Part shown: positions 38,248-51,934 of the stretch, in pieces
How positions within the stretch are numbered: position 1 is the stretch's first letter
Layout of the letters: each line of letters begins with the position of its first letter
DNA from: Lytechinus pictus
Lineage: Eukaryota
DNA length: 64,000 nt
Assembly: GCF_037042905.1 (NCBI RefSeq)
Contig: NC_087250.1
Location: 6,264,001 to 6,328,000 of the forward strand
Direction of reading: 5' to 3'
Notes under the pieces: model-generated
Seen by the model: the letters and a program-made list of their open reading frames with translations, nothing else
What the model was told of the DNA's origin: nothing
The model's database searches: none
Made by a program: the position numbers and the translations under genes

Positions 38248-40155
38248 AACATATCTCACTCACAAGCTGGATTTAGAGGAAGCTATAGCACAATGGATCA
38301 TATTTTCACTTTACATGGTTTAATTGATTTATATTTGCACCGTGGTAAGATAATTTATTGTCTTTTTATAGACTATCTGAAAGCTTTTGATTTAGTTGAT
38401 AGGTCGTCCTTGTGGTACAAACTCATTTCTAATGGTATCAATGGTAACACCATTAGGGTTATATATAATTTGTATTTAAATGCAAAATCGTGTATAAAAC
38501 TTCGTTACAGCTTGTCCAATTCTTTTGCATGTAATATAGGAGTAAGGCAGGGAGAAAATGTGTATCCTTTACTGTTTGCAATGTATTTGAATGATTTTGA
38601 ATATTTTGTTAGTAGGCGTTATAAAGGTCTTGATATGTGTGCTTCAGAGATTAGGAAAAATCTCACTTATGATGATATTGAAGTATTTCTACGTCTTTAT
38701 GTGTTGCTGTATGCGGACGATACGATTGTTATGGCGGAGTCTGCTGATGAACTGCAAAATGCTCTATCAGCTGTACACCAGTAATAATGTGATCTTTGGA
38801 AATTGTCTGTTAACACAAGCAAAACAAAGATTGTTATATTTTCTCGTGGAAAAGTGCGTAAATACCCCAAATTTACTTTTGGTGATAGTACCCTCAATGT
38901 TGTTGATGATTATATATACCTCGGAACGACTTTCAATTATAATGGTTCCTTTGATAAAGCTATCACTAAACAGGTTAATCAGGCGAGGATAGCTATGTTT
39001 GCTTTAATTTGCAAAGCAAAAAAATTATGCTTACCTGTGGATATTCAGTGTGAGCTTTTTGATCAGCTTGTTGTCCCGATTTTGTTGTATGGTAGTGAAG
39101 TGTGGGGCTTCCAGAAGCTCGATTGTATTGAGATATTTCATAGGAAATTTCTTAAAAGTTTGCTTAAACTAAATCGTGGCACTGCCAAATGCATGGTGTA
39201 TGGTGAACTTGGTAGAAGTGCCCTGGCAAGTAGGATAGAGATGCGTATGGTTAATTTTTGGGCAAGGATCAGCCAAGGTAACAAATCTAAACTCTCTTAC
39301 ACCATCTACAGTTTGTTACGAAAACTTCATGTAAATTGTGAGTTTAATTCAAGATGGATCTCAAAAATTTAAAGTATTTTGGACAATTGTGGAATGTCAA
39401 GTTTGTGGGAAGAAGACCATCTTTTAAATCTGAATCGGGTTAAGTTAGCTATGGAAAGTAGATTACGTGATATTGATTATCAAAACTGGAATGAAGAAGT
39501 TAATAGAAATCGTTTGTGTTTCATTTATAGAATTTTCAAACAAGAAGCAGTTTTAGACAAATATTTGTTGAAGTTGGATTTAGGAGATAGAATATCTTTA
39601 TGTAAATGTCGGTGTGGTAACCATAATCTGCCAATTGCTAAATGTCGTTTTTCATCTGATGAACCTCTTGAAATATGTCCATTGTGTAACCTTGAAGTTT
39701 AGGGTGATGAATTTCATTATGTTTTAGTATGTCCGTTTTTCAATGATGAGCGTAAGAAGTATGTTAAGATTTATTATTACCGTATACCTAATGTCATTAA
39801 GTTTAATCAGCTATTCAATGTTAAATCTATTAAGCACTTAAAGAATATATCCAAATTTTTTAGAGTCATCATGTCGAAGTTCAAATAATTTTGTTGTCTT
39901 TCCTTGTTTTCATGCTCTTCCTGTTGTTGAATTGGTCTTTTTAAAATTAATGTACATGTACGTAGTTCAGACTATTTCTATGCCATGTTATTAGTCCATA
40001 TATTTTATTTTCGATTCTTGCCTTTTACCTGTTTGTTGTAAGAGTCTGATATTCTAAGCTTTTGTTATCTTTTAACTTTTTTATGTATATCTATATTTGT
40101 TGTTATACTATTGTATTTCTTCCATGCCCCTGAAGGGGCCGTATAAGAAATACAA
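38248..40155 (+). mobile_element. 5'-truncated LINE pseudogene, RTEX-like
   Basis: One frame with in-frame stops (38782, 39370, 39700): QAGFR, FIDYLKAFD, GVRQGEN, LLYADDT, YIYLG, PILLYGSEVWG, C-terminal CPLC...GDEFHYVLVCP; ends TAA 39888; 3' hairpin gcccctgaaggggc. Confidence 0.9.
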
Positions 40156-40327
40156 ATCACTGTATTACTCGCTCAGCAACAGAGAAACTGGTACATTCAC
40201 TCATGTTTTCCGCACGATTCGAATTAAGCATTGAATCAAATAAATTAATAACACATGCTCATTAACAAAATATTATCAAATGTGGTAATTTTAGCATGCC
40301 AACCTAATTTCCATGGGATGCTGCTCA

Positions 40328-40469
40328 CACTGTAAAAAGATGAAGTGCTAATGTAGCACTTACAGTGCTTGTATAGTGACTGCACTACGAGTGCTGATTT
40401 TCTAGTTCAAATTTAAACTAGAAAATCAGCACTCGTAGTGCAATCACCGTAGACTTCATTTTTACAGTG
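40328..40469. mobile_element. Short palindromic MITE with CACTG ends
   Basis: CACTGTAAAAA...TTTTTACAGTG with inner palindrome cactacgagtgctgattttctagtt/aactagaaaatcagcactcgtagtg. Confidence 0.8.
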
Positions 40470-42028
40470 TATAGTGTACAACATACCCACCATTACACCC
40501 ATTTTCCAGGGCAATGATAATCCTGGCGTAATGTTCACAAACCAGACACTAGATTAAAGAAAAATAATATTATGATAATATAGTTTTACGTAAGTTATTA
40601 ATGTAATGCTGAACCTGGAGATACGTGCTTATTGTTATTTAAATATTCAAATACAAAAAAAGTAAAAAATAGGGAAAAAATATCTAACCACAATCGCTCG
40701 TGACATCATTACTCGCTATGCTTTCCCCTCTCTTCTATCTGCATTTCCTGCCGCCGGGCGCCCCCGTACTCTCTTTCTCTCTATCTTTATCTCCCCTTCT
40801 CTCACTGTCTACTTTCCTTTCTATATCGGTACAATTGGCAAAGCTTTTTATCAAAAGATAGGAGTAAGAAGGTTGCAGCTAGTTTTATCTTGCTTCTGAT
40901 ATTTGAATAAAGAACATATTTTTTCTTTTCTTTCATGTCAAAAGCCGCCACAGTGCAAGGTTGCCAAATTCGTAAACATCATTGTCAAAGCAGATGAAAA
41001 AAATAGTGATATGATAAAACGCCTAACCGTGACATGCGCCGTCGGCAATTTGAATACTCAAAAGAAGCAGGAATTTGACTTTATTTTGGTGATTTGTTTA
41101 TATATATGTATATATATTTTTCTCTTGGGGTGGGGGACTGAAACTGTGTTGAAAAAAATCACATAAGTCAGCAAGGCGGACAATAAAATATTAGTGGAAT
41201 GGTAATTACAATTACTGTTGATATAGATGTATGCTATAAATCATTTGGTTTATTGTCTTATCGCCGACTTCAAATTAGAAGCTGGTGTGAACTCACTATA
41301 AAAGGTGAGCAGTCGATCAAAAAGTTCGAGCGTGGCGATGTTGTCATTATTCCAAAACTGATGCCTCACCACATTATTTGAAAATATGTGATCATCATTA
41401 CTTCGTGATGGCAATCACTTACATTAGAATATTCAGACACTTTTGAAGATGGATTGTAACAAAAGAACGTTCCAAATATAATTTTATTCAAACATCTTTT
41501 TTTAAGTCTATTCTAAATGATTATGTGATATCTACATCATCCTTTACCCTTCTAAACATATTTCAATTTACAAATATCTTTTAGCTTGACTAATAAAATA
41601 AAACTGTAATGAGCTCATGCACGCGAACCCATTTCACGAATATTACTATGAAACATTATAACGCATATTTAAGTTTACGAAGACCTGTTACAACCGATAA
41701 CCGTCGCAGCGACGCATACAAGAGAGTTTTCCCAATCAGGACGCGGACGCTCTCTTACAATGCACCAATTCCTTTTAAAACGCAAGTCAAATCACAACGG
41801 AGAGCTGAGAGGCTTCAGTCGAAAGTTAGTGGTTCGGGACTGCAGATTATCCGAAGATTTGGACTGGCCGAATAATCGCAAATATGTCTTGGTCAAATCA
41901 CGAGACGGTGCTGCTGTCCACCAAAAAAAAGCCTCTCAGATATGTCTTTGATTTGACTCACATTCTCAAGGACTTTGTGCGTTGTAGAATGGTCACGTCA
42001 TGATTGCGACAATTCTCTATTGTCGCAC

Positions 42029-42310
42029 CAACGCATTATGTCGCAAAGTGTGACATGATGCGATGATCATCCAACACATAATGTCGCAAAGTGTGACATG
42101 ACACGATGATCGTCACACGCATGTCCTAGCCAACGCATAATGTCGCAAAGTGTGACATGATACGATGATCGTCCTACGCATGTCACAGCCAACGCATAAT
42201 GTTTCAAAGTGTGACATGATGCGAATATCGCCCCACGCATGTAACAGCCAACGCATAGTGTTGTTAATTTACTAACGCATAATGCCTTATGTCCTCACGA
42301 ATAATGTCGC
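42029..42310. repeat. Minisatellite, ~59-bp unit
   Basis: caacgcataatgtcgcaaagtgtgacatgat.cgatgatcgtc..acgcatgtc..agc repeated 4-5 times. Confidence 0.9.
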
Positions 42311-42734
42311 AGGACGTCAAATGTCTTAACTGCGGTAGGACATTGGTTAATATATAGCAGTGTTATTTTTTGATAAGGAATCTTAATTTTTACAATAATC
42401 ATCTGCCGGGGGAACATGGAACATGGGGAAAGAGGGAGAAGGATGGCATGAAAGCATAGGTAGGACGGTTAAAGCAGTTACATGGGCCTAAATATTATGT
42501 CAATGGAAGTCGTATTTAGCTGAGCGAGTGAACGTGTTGCGAAGCTAAAATATTCTTCTTTCAAAATGATCTGCCTAGATTGTGTAAACTGTTAAGGTTT
42601 AGGTCGGATATTTTGCTACCACGACGGACCCATTTTTTATTGATAATGATTTGGGGGTCGATTTCTAGATCTATGACCTCATTTTCCAGCTGAACATGTG
42701 TAATGCTGATGACTTATTGTTTGTTTCTCTTTTG

Positions 42735-43680
42735 TATAAGCGCCTCTTTTTGGACGGCGGCAGCGGCATTAAAATCTGAACTAAGGTTTAGTTTTGGAAA
42801 TATCATCATAACTTTAAAGTACATTGAACCTGGTTCATGAAACCTGAGCGTATTGGTAATTAAGTATTAGTAAACATCCTGTCTGGGTTTCAGGTCACTT
42901 GTCCAAGGTCGAAAGTTAATTAGGGTCAACAAACTTAGATCATGTTGGGGAATCAACAGCAACATCTTACCCAAGGTTAAGCTTTTGGAAATGTTGTCAC
43001 AACAATAACAAAAATGTGGATCTACTTTATGAAACTTGGATTAAAGAGCAATCAATTACCACATTACATCCAGCGTCAGTTTCAAATCACAAGCCCAAGG
43101 TTAAAAGTCATAATAAGGGTCAACAAATTTTTGCCATGTTAGGGTAATTGTTAAATTATCTTCGCAAGTATATGAAGCTAGTTCATGAAACTTTGATACT
43201 GACTTTCACACGGTAAAATAAATCGTAATTGGAATGATGATTCCAGTGAAAAAATAGCTTAATGACAGATTTAACAGGTGTAAAACCAAACTAGAACATG
43301 ATTAGAGTCACGAACGCTAATCACTGTCACAATTAGACTAGTAATCATCATTACAATGGTGATTCAAGATTCACTTGTGGAAAGACATGGCCAACGAATT
43401 GTGACTATTAGTGAATTGTCATCGTAACATTTAACATTTATGGATCTAGTTCATGAAACGTAGATATAAGGGTAATCCAGTACCACTGATTGATTTGCAC
43501 TATGATTAGGTCACATAAACGAGGTCAAAGGTTATTTACGGCCAATGAACATAGTGCATGTATTTTTTTATCATATGAATGGTGTTTTTTTTTCTTTTAA
43601 ATAATTATTCAATAGTTGTTTTCAAAGTCAGCACTGCTGCTATATTGAATCGCGTAATGCAAGCGAGACTTGCAAGGCCT
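42735..43680 (-). mobile_element. Diverged Helentron/HINE-like copy
   Basis: Reverse complement of the 47454-48398 family (ttttcaaagtcagcactgctgctatattgaatcgcg; caaggtcaaagg subrepeats). Confidence 0.75.
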
Positions 43681-44467
43681 TATTATTATTATTATTATAT
43701 TTTTTTTTTTGGTTTGGCAGAAATTTAATACCGAGTTTGAACTGTGTATCTATGTTGATAACAATAATTCAATTTGGCAAGCCAGCTTATGAGCGACATC
43801 AGAAATACATAGAAAGACAAGTTTCTCTTAGTACCAGTAGGTATTGAAACATTTCACCGTTGGGGGTACAAGCGTGTTCGTGGAAAACGTTAACAACCTG
43901 ATAAAATATGTTATGAGGAAAAGGAAAGAGGTGAATTTGCGTGCGTTTTTTTTTTTTTTTGTTTGGGGGGAAATGGGGCAGGTGTCGAGGATTACTGCTG
44001 AACGTGCAAAAAAAAATTCGTTTGGTTACTTTACCCACACTCAGATGTAGTCTGAATTCCGATAACGTTCTGACTTTGAATAATCTAAGAGCACTTGACG
44101 AGATAGTTGGGTACTGCATTACTCAATAATTATGTAAATTGTGTATTCTTTTTGTTATTTGTTGTTATACCTGTTTTTTTTTATTAAGGTTTAGGTAGGG
44201 CATCAAAGCATCCTACTACATGTACATATACCGCGCCTGTATTGAGGCATACCCGGCCTGACACACTGCAACAATCACCAAATTTAAGTCGTTTCATCAA
44301 AATGTGAATATTTCATAGCTCGCTCGACACGTACACTCGCTCAGCTGAATAAAATTAACATCGCCATACCGTTGTAATGTTAGCTGTCCGACATCTGTCG
44401 CTTAGACCCGTCCCTAAATCCTCCCCTGGCGTAATGCCATGTTTACATTATGACTACGCGAACAGCG

Positions 44468-44772
44468 TGGAGCGTTGTGGCCTAGTGGATTAGTCTTCGG
44501 ACTTTGAAACAGAGGGTCGTGGGTTCGAATCCCAGCCATGGCGTAATTTCCTTCGGCAAGAAATTTATCCACATTGTGCTGCACTCGACCCAGGTTTGGT
44601 GAATGGGTACCCGGTAGGATTTATTCCTTGAATGCTTTAGCGCCTATATGGCCGCTCAGCAACAGCCGGGGTAATAATAATATACCAAGTATATTTCAGC
44701 GCCTTGAGCACATAATCAATTTGGATTTGGCGCTTTATAAATACTCTATATTATTATTATTATTATTATTAT
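44468..44772 (+). mobile_element. tRNA-derived SINE (same family as 10285)
   Basis: A box TGGCCTAGTGG, B box GGTTCGAATCC, shared core, (ATT)n tail. Confidence 0.9.
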
Positions 44773-46699
44773 TTCAATATTGGACGCCCCCACTTTTTTC
44801 TTCTCCTGTCTTATCTTCTTTGTCCATGTTCATTATTTAAAATATAATAAAAGAAATAAGACGTTCTTGTTCCTAGTTGAGGTAAAATCACTACAGGGGG
44901 TGTGCGAGTCCTTTGGGTAAATGTATGTACATGTAACTGCGTCCCAGCTCAACCACTAGCATTGAAAATTTGACGTCGAAATTGTAAATTGTCATTATCA
45001 TTGCTGTTACTATTATCATCGTCATCATTAGCATCTGTAGTATCACTGTTACTAATAGTATTATTGCTACTGTTGTGAGGATATTGATTGTTATCAAGAT
45101 TATTATTATTACGATCATGATGATGATTGGTATTTTTCACTGTCTGGCTATGGGGGCGTTTTTTTAGGGGGGGGGGTGGGTCATTCTCGGTCTCTACTTA
45201 ATTCACCAGAATAGTATGCTTTGGGAAAATGAATACAGAGCGAAATGTGAAGGTTGCGGTTTTATGTTTGGTTGCCTTTAGAAATATGAAAACATCTACC
45301 CTTGGACTTTTCACAATAGAATTGTTTTTCCGAAATTTCAGTTCCGCCAAAAACACAAATATAATGGATATTTTAAAACCCGACAAAAAACCGCCAACAC
45401 AATCAACCGAGTCATTCAACCATGTATTTTCATTACTGGAGTTCCTTATTATCCCTCAATTTAAAGACTTTATTTTAAGAGAAAAAAAATAAACTGACAC
45501 GTTTTACACTAAATGAAACCTGATAAGTTAAATACAAAATACAACAAAGCCAGTCTCACACATTCTTACATATTAAAACAAAGTTTTTCTTGTTTATATA
45601 TATATATATAGCATTTATGAGACGCCGATACATTAGACACATTCATATTCTTCAACCTCAACTACTTATATGGAGGATGCAGTGTTTGCTTGTAGAAAAT
45701 TTCCATTACTTTCTTGTTTTTCAGTTCACAAATTAAAATCTTGTTGGAAGATTTGCAAAGAAAATTGTATCTAAAATTAGTTTAGTGCCTAAATCAAGAT
45801 TTTACCCACAGCTTGTGATTTATTTTCTTCTCTCGTTCTACCACCCATTTGGCCATAACTGCTATGTCAGGTAAACGTGTCTCAACGCAGATCAAAGTGA
45901 AATGCTATGCGAAAAAAGCAGCAATAAAACTGCGATAAAATTAAGTTATAGAGCTTGGGTTTCATCGTTAAAGGCAAGAAACAGTAGCATTGTTGGTTCT
46001 CAGTACGTATTGTCCTCAAAATGTATAATTCATAATTAGGAAAATAGCATGATCAATCTTGACTACAAAACTTGGCTACAACCTTGGCTGCATGAAATCT
46101 CAACTCAAACCTAATGGTATGAAATCATAATATTTCAGGTCATCGATAGGCGCAACGGAGGCCATAATCAAGATTCACGAATTCGGGTCTTTATTAAGCA
46201 AAGAACATTGCTGGTAAGCAGTGAAAATGCATGAAATCTTCAAAGCTCTTTACAGCTTTTAAATAAACATTCTGGCTTCCAAAATGGTCTTTAACATGAT
46301 ATTATTAAAAATTCTAACCCGGTTCTCCATTTTCATGCTTGATCTGGGACCAAAGAAATACACTATGATAATACTCTAAAAAAGGAAAATACCCAGACTT
46401 TGCAAAACGATGAACAAACACAAATTACGTGCAACCCATAAATTGAATCATCCTTGCGGAATTAACCGTGAAGTGATTATAGTTAATATCATTGACATGA
46501 AAGTATGCCACAAGTCTTATTGTTCATCGTCATATCGGATGATAGAATGATAGATTTATAACCATTTATAACTGATATCAATAGAAGACCCTGTACGTAA
46601 TTAAGCAAACAACGACTGGATTATGGGAAGCAGATTGATATTTCCGTTTAGTCAATCGTGTTTGTATGACATTACGAAAGAAATATAGTTTTGTGTCTA

Positions 46700-46972
46700 A
46701 ACCGTGGTTTAAAGTGTCAAATAATACATTGGGACAAGTTACATGTACAATAACGGTCAGTGGTTAAGCATGTCAACAAAATTCCAAGATTGAGACCGTA
46801 GTTTAGATTACAAAATCATATTCCCCAGATGGATATTGAACAAAATATGCAATTTTTTTAAGAAACAGCAGTCATAATCTAGTTTAGGAAGTCATCTGAG
46901 ATTATTGGACACTCTTTGACCATTGGCTGTCCTTGTAACTTGTCCCAATGTATTGTTTACCCTTAAAACCAC
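46700..46972. mobile_element. Decayed MITE
   Basis: Inverted repeats cgtggtttaaag...aatacattgggacaagttaca / tgtaacttgtcccaatgtatt...aaaaccacg. Confidence 0.6.
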
Positions 46973-47453
46973 GAGCTGGACATCAAAATCATGTCTCCAA
47001 GGCGGATATGAAATGAGCTATGTTACTTTTAAGTATCAGCAACCATTTCAGATTACATTTTTGGAAGCCATTTTGGATTTTTGGACATACACCAAACCAT
47101 AGACTGTCCTTGAAACTTGCACTTATGTAAAACTTGACCTTTAAAACCATCAAATGGGTACTAAATTTATCAAATATATTGTTTTGGACGCCATCTTGAA
47201 TTTTGAAGTACATTTTAGTGATTATATTTACTATAACCTGTATCAACAAATCTACTTACCCCTTGGATCATGGAATATGCACCGAAATAGGACGTCTTGG
47301 GTGGAAAATTAGAAAGATTTATCAATTTACATTGACTGACTGTCGGCCTTCTTGGACGTCATGTTAAAAATAATCACTTTCCCGGTTTGTATAAATTTTA
47401 GTATGTTATTCCTGATGTCAAATAGTACCAGAAACAGATGAAAAAAACAAAAA

Positions 47454-48398
47454 AACAAGTGGAATGCCTCTGGCCGTCTCACCTGCATCACGCGATTCAA
47501 TATAGCAGCAGTGCTGAGTTTGAAAACTACTATAACTCGCACAAGATGTTCAGTGATACTTGGTTACTCTTATTTCGACGTTTTATGAACTAGATCCATA
47601 AACTTTTAGAGTTATGATGGTAATTCTACAGATACCCCCAATTCGGCCAAAGTTCATTGACCCTAAATGACGTTTGACCTTGGTCATGTGACGTGAAACT
47701 CATGCAGGATGTTCAGTGATACTTGATTAACCTTATGTATAAGTTTCATGAACTAGGTCCATATATTTTCTAAGTTATGATGGTAATTCAACAGATACCC
47801 CCATTATGGCCAAAGTTCATTGACCTTTGACCTTGGTCATGTGACCTAAAATGCGCAAAGGATGTTCAGTGATACTTGATTACTCTTATGTCCAAGTTTT
47901 ATGAACTAGACCAACACACTTTCAAAGTTAGGCGGTAATTCAACAAATACCCCCAGTTCGGCCAAAGTTCATTGACCCTAAATGACCTTTGACCTTGGTC
48001 ATGTGACGTGAAACTCATGCAGGATATTCAGTGATACTTGATTAACCTTTTGTATATTAAGTTTCATGAACTAGGTCCATATATTTTCTAAGTTATGATG
48101 ACACTTCAAAAACTTAACCTTAGGTTAAGATTTTGATGTTGATTCCCCCAACATGGTCTAAGTTCATTGACCCTAAATGACATTTGACCTTAGTCATGTG
48201 ACATGAACCTCCGGCAGGATGTTCAGTAATACTTGATTAACCTTTTGGCCAAGTTTCATGAACTAGGTTCATATACTTTCTAAGTTATGCTGTCATTTCC
48301 AAAACTTAACCTCAGGTTAAGATTTGGTGTTGACGCCACCGCCGCCGTCGGAAAAGCGGCGCCTATAGTCTCACTCTGCTATGCAGGTGAGACAAAAA
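47454..48398 (+). mobile_element. Helentron-associated non-autonomous element (HINE/DINE-1-like)
   Basis: 13-bp subterminal inverted repeats GTCTCACCTGCAT (47476-47488)/ATGCAGGTGAGAC (48381-48393), short 3' hairpin, ~150-190 bp central tandem units, A-run flanks. Confidence 0.75.
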
Positions 48399-48604
48399 CA
48401 TATTGTTGCAATTCGTTTGGGGTAAAACCATGAATTAATCCGACTAATAATTGACCCGAAGGCCGAAAAATACATACTTAACGCAGTGTGTACATTTTAG
48501 TCAAAATGTAATCGAATTTCTGAAGAGCGTATCCACAGTATGAAAACAATTCGGGGACGGTGCGATGTGTGTATCGCACTGAAATTGCACGCAGTTGCTG
48601 GGAC

Positions 48605-49666
48605 GCGCGTTTCCGTTTTACACCCTGGCGAAGGCATTTTCCGGAAAAATAGCCACAAAGCGACTAGTGAAGAGTCTACGTCTACGTTTGTTTACATAAT
48701 CAGCTGGGCGCTCGATCCAAAAGTCCGCACCGAAGATATCCGCAGAAATATACGTGCAAATGCAGCTGAGCTTATAGACCAAACGCTTTGCAGTCTCTGT
48801 ATTTTGGTTGTTCCGCTGAACTACGTTGGCTCCATTATTATTATTTTTTTTTTACTTTATCGCACATGATCGTTTATATGAATGAAAACGAATAATAGCT
48901 AAAATATTGAAAAATAAAACACATAATTACCTCTTTTTCTTCATATTATATCTATCCTTATATCTATCATATCTGTCTATCCACTATCTATGTTATAAAT
49001 CAATCTATGGAACTACATGATATATCTATCTGTCAATTTGTCTATCTACTCTGTCTCTCTCATTCTCTATCTACCTATCTATCTATCTATCCATCCATCT
49101 AACATCTATCTCTCAAATTCTCTATCTATCCATCTGTCTCTCTTTTATTTCTCTCTATCCATCTATTAATCTATTCATGTGCAATGTCAACACTGCTTAG
49201 ACTTCTTTCGGGAGTCTATTTCCTCAGCTCTACTTTTCCCTTTTTTGTGCTCGATTCGATTCAATTACTACTTTATTTACTTGTTACCATTGTTAAATGT
49301 CTTGTATTGCATAATGAGTTTTTTTTCTGAAGGCTGCCTCCTCGGTGCATCCTATTCTCTTTCAAATTCCACCTCTTGCTTTCCCTTCTCTTTGTCTTAT
49401 CCCAATTTCTTTCCCTTCTCTCACCTCTTTCCTCTTCTCTCTCCTCTTTCTTCTTAATCTTTCATTCCGCATTTTTCTTCTTAGATGACACTCTGTAGTA
49501 CTTTTGGCCTTTTGTATTTATTTATGGTACATTTCGTTTGTATTGTATTTGATATTTATTTATAATGTTTACTTTATATCTTGTTATGATTTTATTTGTA
49601 TGTAAACATTCACTTATTTCAGTCTTTGACTGCTTGTGATTGTATTTTGATAGTTTTTATTGCAAT

Positions 49667-49697
<31 letters not shown>

Positions 49698-50268
49698 GTC
49701 TTAAATTCTCTCTATCCATCTGTCTGTCTTTTTCTCTCTCCCTATTTATCTCTATCCGTCTATCTATCTATCTATCTATCTATCTATTTATCTATCTATG
49801 TAACTACAGTATCTATCTATCTGTTAATTTGTCGCTCTTCTCTGTCTCTCTCATTCTTTATCTATCTATCTACACAGCAAAAACTGTGGTGTTAACCGGT
49901 GTACATAGAGGACCACACAAGTTATTTTACACCGGTGTTAAATTGGTGGTGTTAGTTTTACACCTATAGGTGTTATTACAACCATCTTTGGTGTTATGTT
50001 CAATCTCTAGGGTGTTATTTTAACACCTCAGGGTGTGGTCCTCTATTAACACCAATTGGTGTCAGTTTTAACACCACAGTTTTTACAGTGTATCTATATA
50101 TCTATCTAACATCTATCAATCTTTCAAATTCTCTATCTCTCTTTCCCTCTATCTATCTATCCTTCTGTCTGTCTGTTTTTTCTCTCTTTCTCTCTTTCTC
50201 TTTTTCCGTCCATATATATATATCTATCTATCTATAACATCTCTCCATTTCTCAAATTCTCTCCCCCC

Positions 50269-50325
<57 letters not shown>

Positions 50326-50439
50326 CTATCTATTTATCTATCTATATGTAACTACAGTATCTATCTATATGTTAATTTGTCTATCTTCTCTGTCTCTATA
50401 ATTCTTTATCTATCTATTTAACATCTATCTATCTCTCAG

Positions 50440-50477
<38 letters not shown>

Positions 50478-51109
50478 CATCTGTCTGTCTTTTTTCTCTC
50501 TTTCTCTATTTATCTTTATCCGTCCATATATCTATCTATTTATCTATCTATAACATCTCTCTATCTCTCATGTTCTCTCCCCCCATATATCTATCTATCT
50601 ATATATCTATCTATCTATCTATCTATCTATCCATCTCTCTGTCTTTCTCTCTATTTATATCTATATATCTATGTCTCTATCTATTTATCAGTCTTATATA
50701 TCTATCGTTCAGCATCTAAGTGTATCAATCCATCAAAATTCAATTTTCTTTCTATTATATGTATCTGTTTATTTTTATTTTGTCTGTCATTCTATTTATT
50801 TAGTTAATAATTTATTTTTAGAAAAAAAACTTTTTCATAACTTTTCATTAAAAAAACGCAACTGCAAAAGCATGTTCGGATTCCACTCATCTGCTCTCTG
50901 TACATGAAGTGCCGAGGAACTCTATGCTCTAATCATAGAGCTATTAATAGCTCCATGCTCTAATCGGTAACTGTGTAGATTGCATGCGGTGGTGTGGGAC
51001 TCGGCTGTGTCGCACGCTGCAACCAGCGACGTGTGTAGACTCTTCACTAGTCGCTTTGTGGCTATTTTTGCGGAAAATGCCTTCGCCAGGGTGTAAAACG
51101 GAAACGCGC
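48605..51109. mobile_element. Non-autonomous Mutator-like element, copy 2
   Basis: Same TIRs and interior as 32790-36164; 9-bp TSD tgctgggac/tgccgggac (one mismatch). Confidence 0.88.
49873..50090. mobile_element. CAC-ended MITE nested in Mutator-like copy 2
   Basis: TA|CACAGCAAAAACTGTGGTGTTAA ... TTAACACCACAGTTTTTACAGTG|TA. Confidence 0.85.
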
Positions 51110-51897
51110 TGCCGGGACACGACATTTGCTTCCGCGAGATTTCCACCGGTCTTGATATATCAAAGGCACGGGGTTAGAGTTATGGTGGTAAAAGAGGGTT
51201 TTTTTTTCAGAATAACGTAAAGATAAGGATTGGGGTTTAAAAGTGTTGGATGATATATTTTATGTTTTGCTTTAAGTGCGAACTTTCCATTGGTGCATTT
51301 GTCATAGGGGCAATCAACTGCCATTGAACCCATAATTGCAACACATTGGAATGGTTGGCACTGTGTGATAACACACACATAGAACTGTGTTCACATAGAA
51401 GACAAGTAGTAAGAAAATTTAACGCAGGATGTAAAATCCATTTGTCGCAGTGTGAGTGCCTTATTTTCCGTGCTCTCCTCCCAGGTGAGGTATGTGGGTA
51501 CCTGGTAGGAATGTTTTCCCTTGAATGCCTTGAGTGCGTCATAGTAGCTCGGGTAAGCCATAGTAACCATTCATTGTAGAGCGGTTATATACATGTACTC
51601 TTGATTTAGAGGTATTAGGCGCTAATTGTATATCAAACAAAGAAATGTTATAAAATGAAGATAAAACAAAAACTACCCTGAAAATAAGAACCCGCCCTTT
51701 CACACGGTAAAAAAAATCAATGTTGATTTCAGGAAAAAATAAGGGTAATGACATATTTTTGACACGTGTAAACCAAACTAGAATCATGAACGCTTATCAC
51801 AATTTCAAATTCAAATTCTACTTCGGAGGTGAATTCCAGTTAAGTTTCATACAAATTATGGTAGGAGTCTTACGTGTGAAATGCTTGACCTCCAAAA

Positions 51898-51934
<37 letters not shown>

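Noticed and set aside
42029..42310. CRISPR-like repeat array
   Set aside because: The inter-repeat parts are themselves repeated; no unique spacers and no cas genes; eukaryotic minisatellite.
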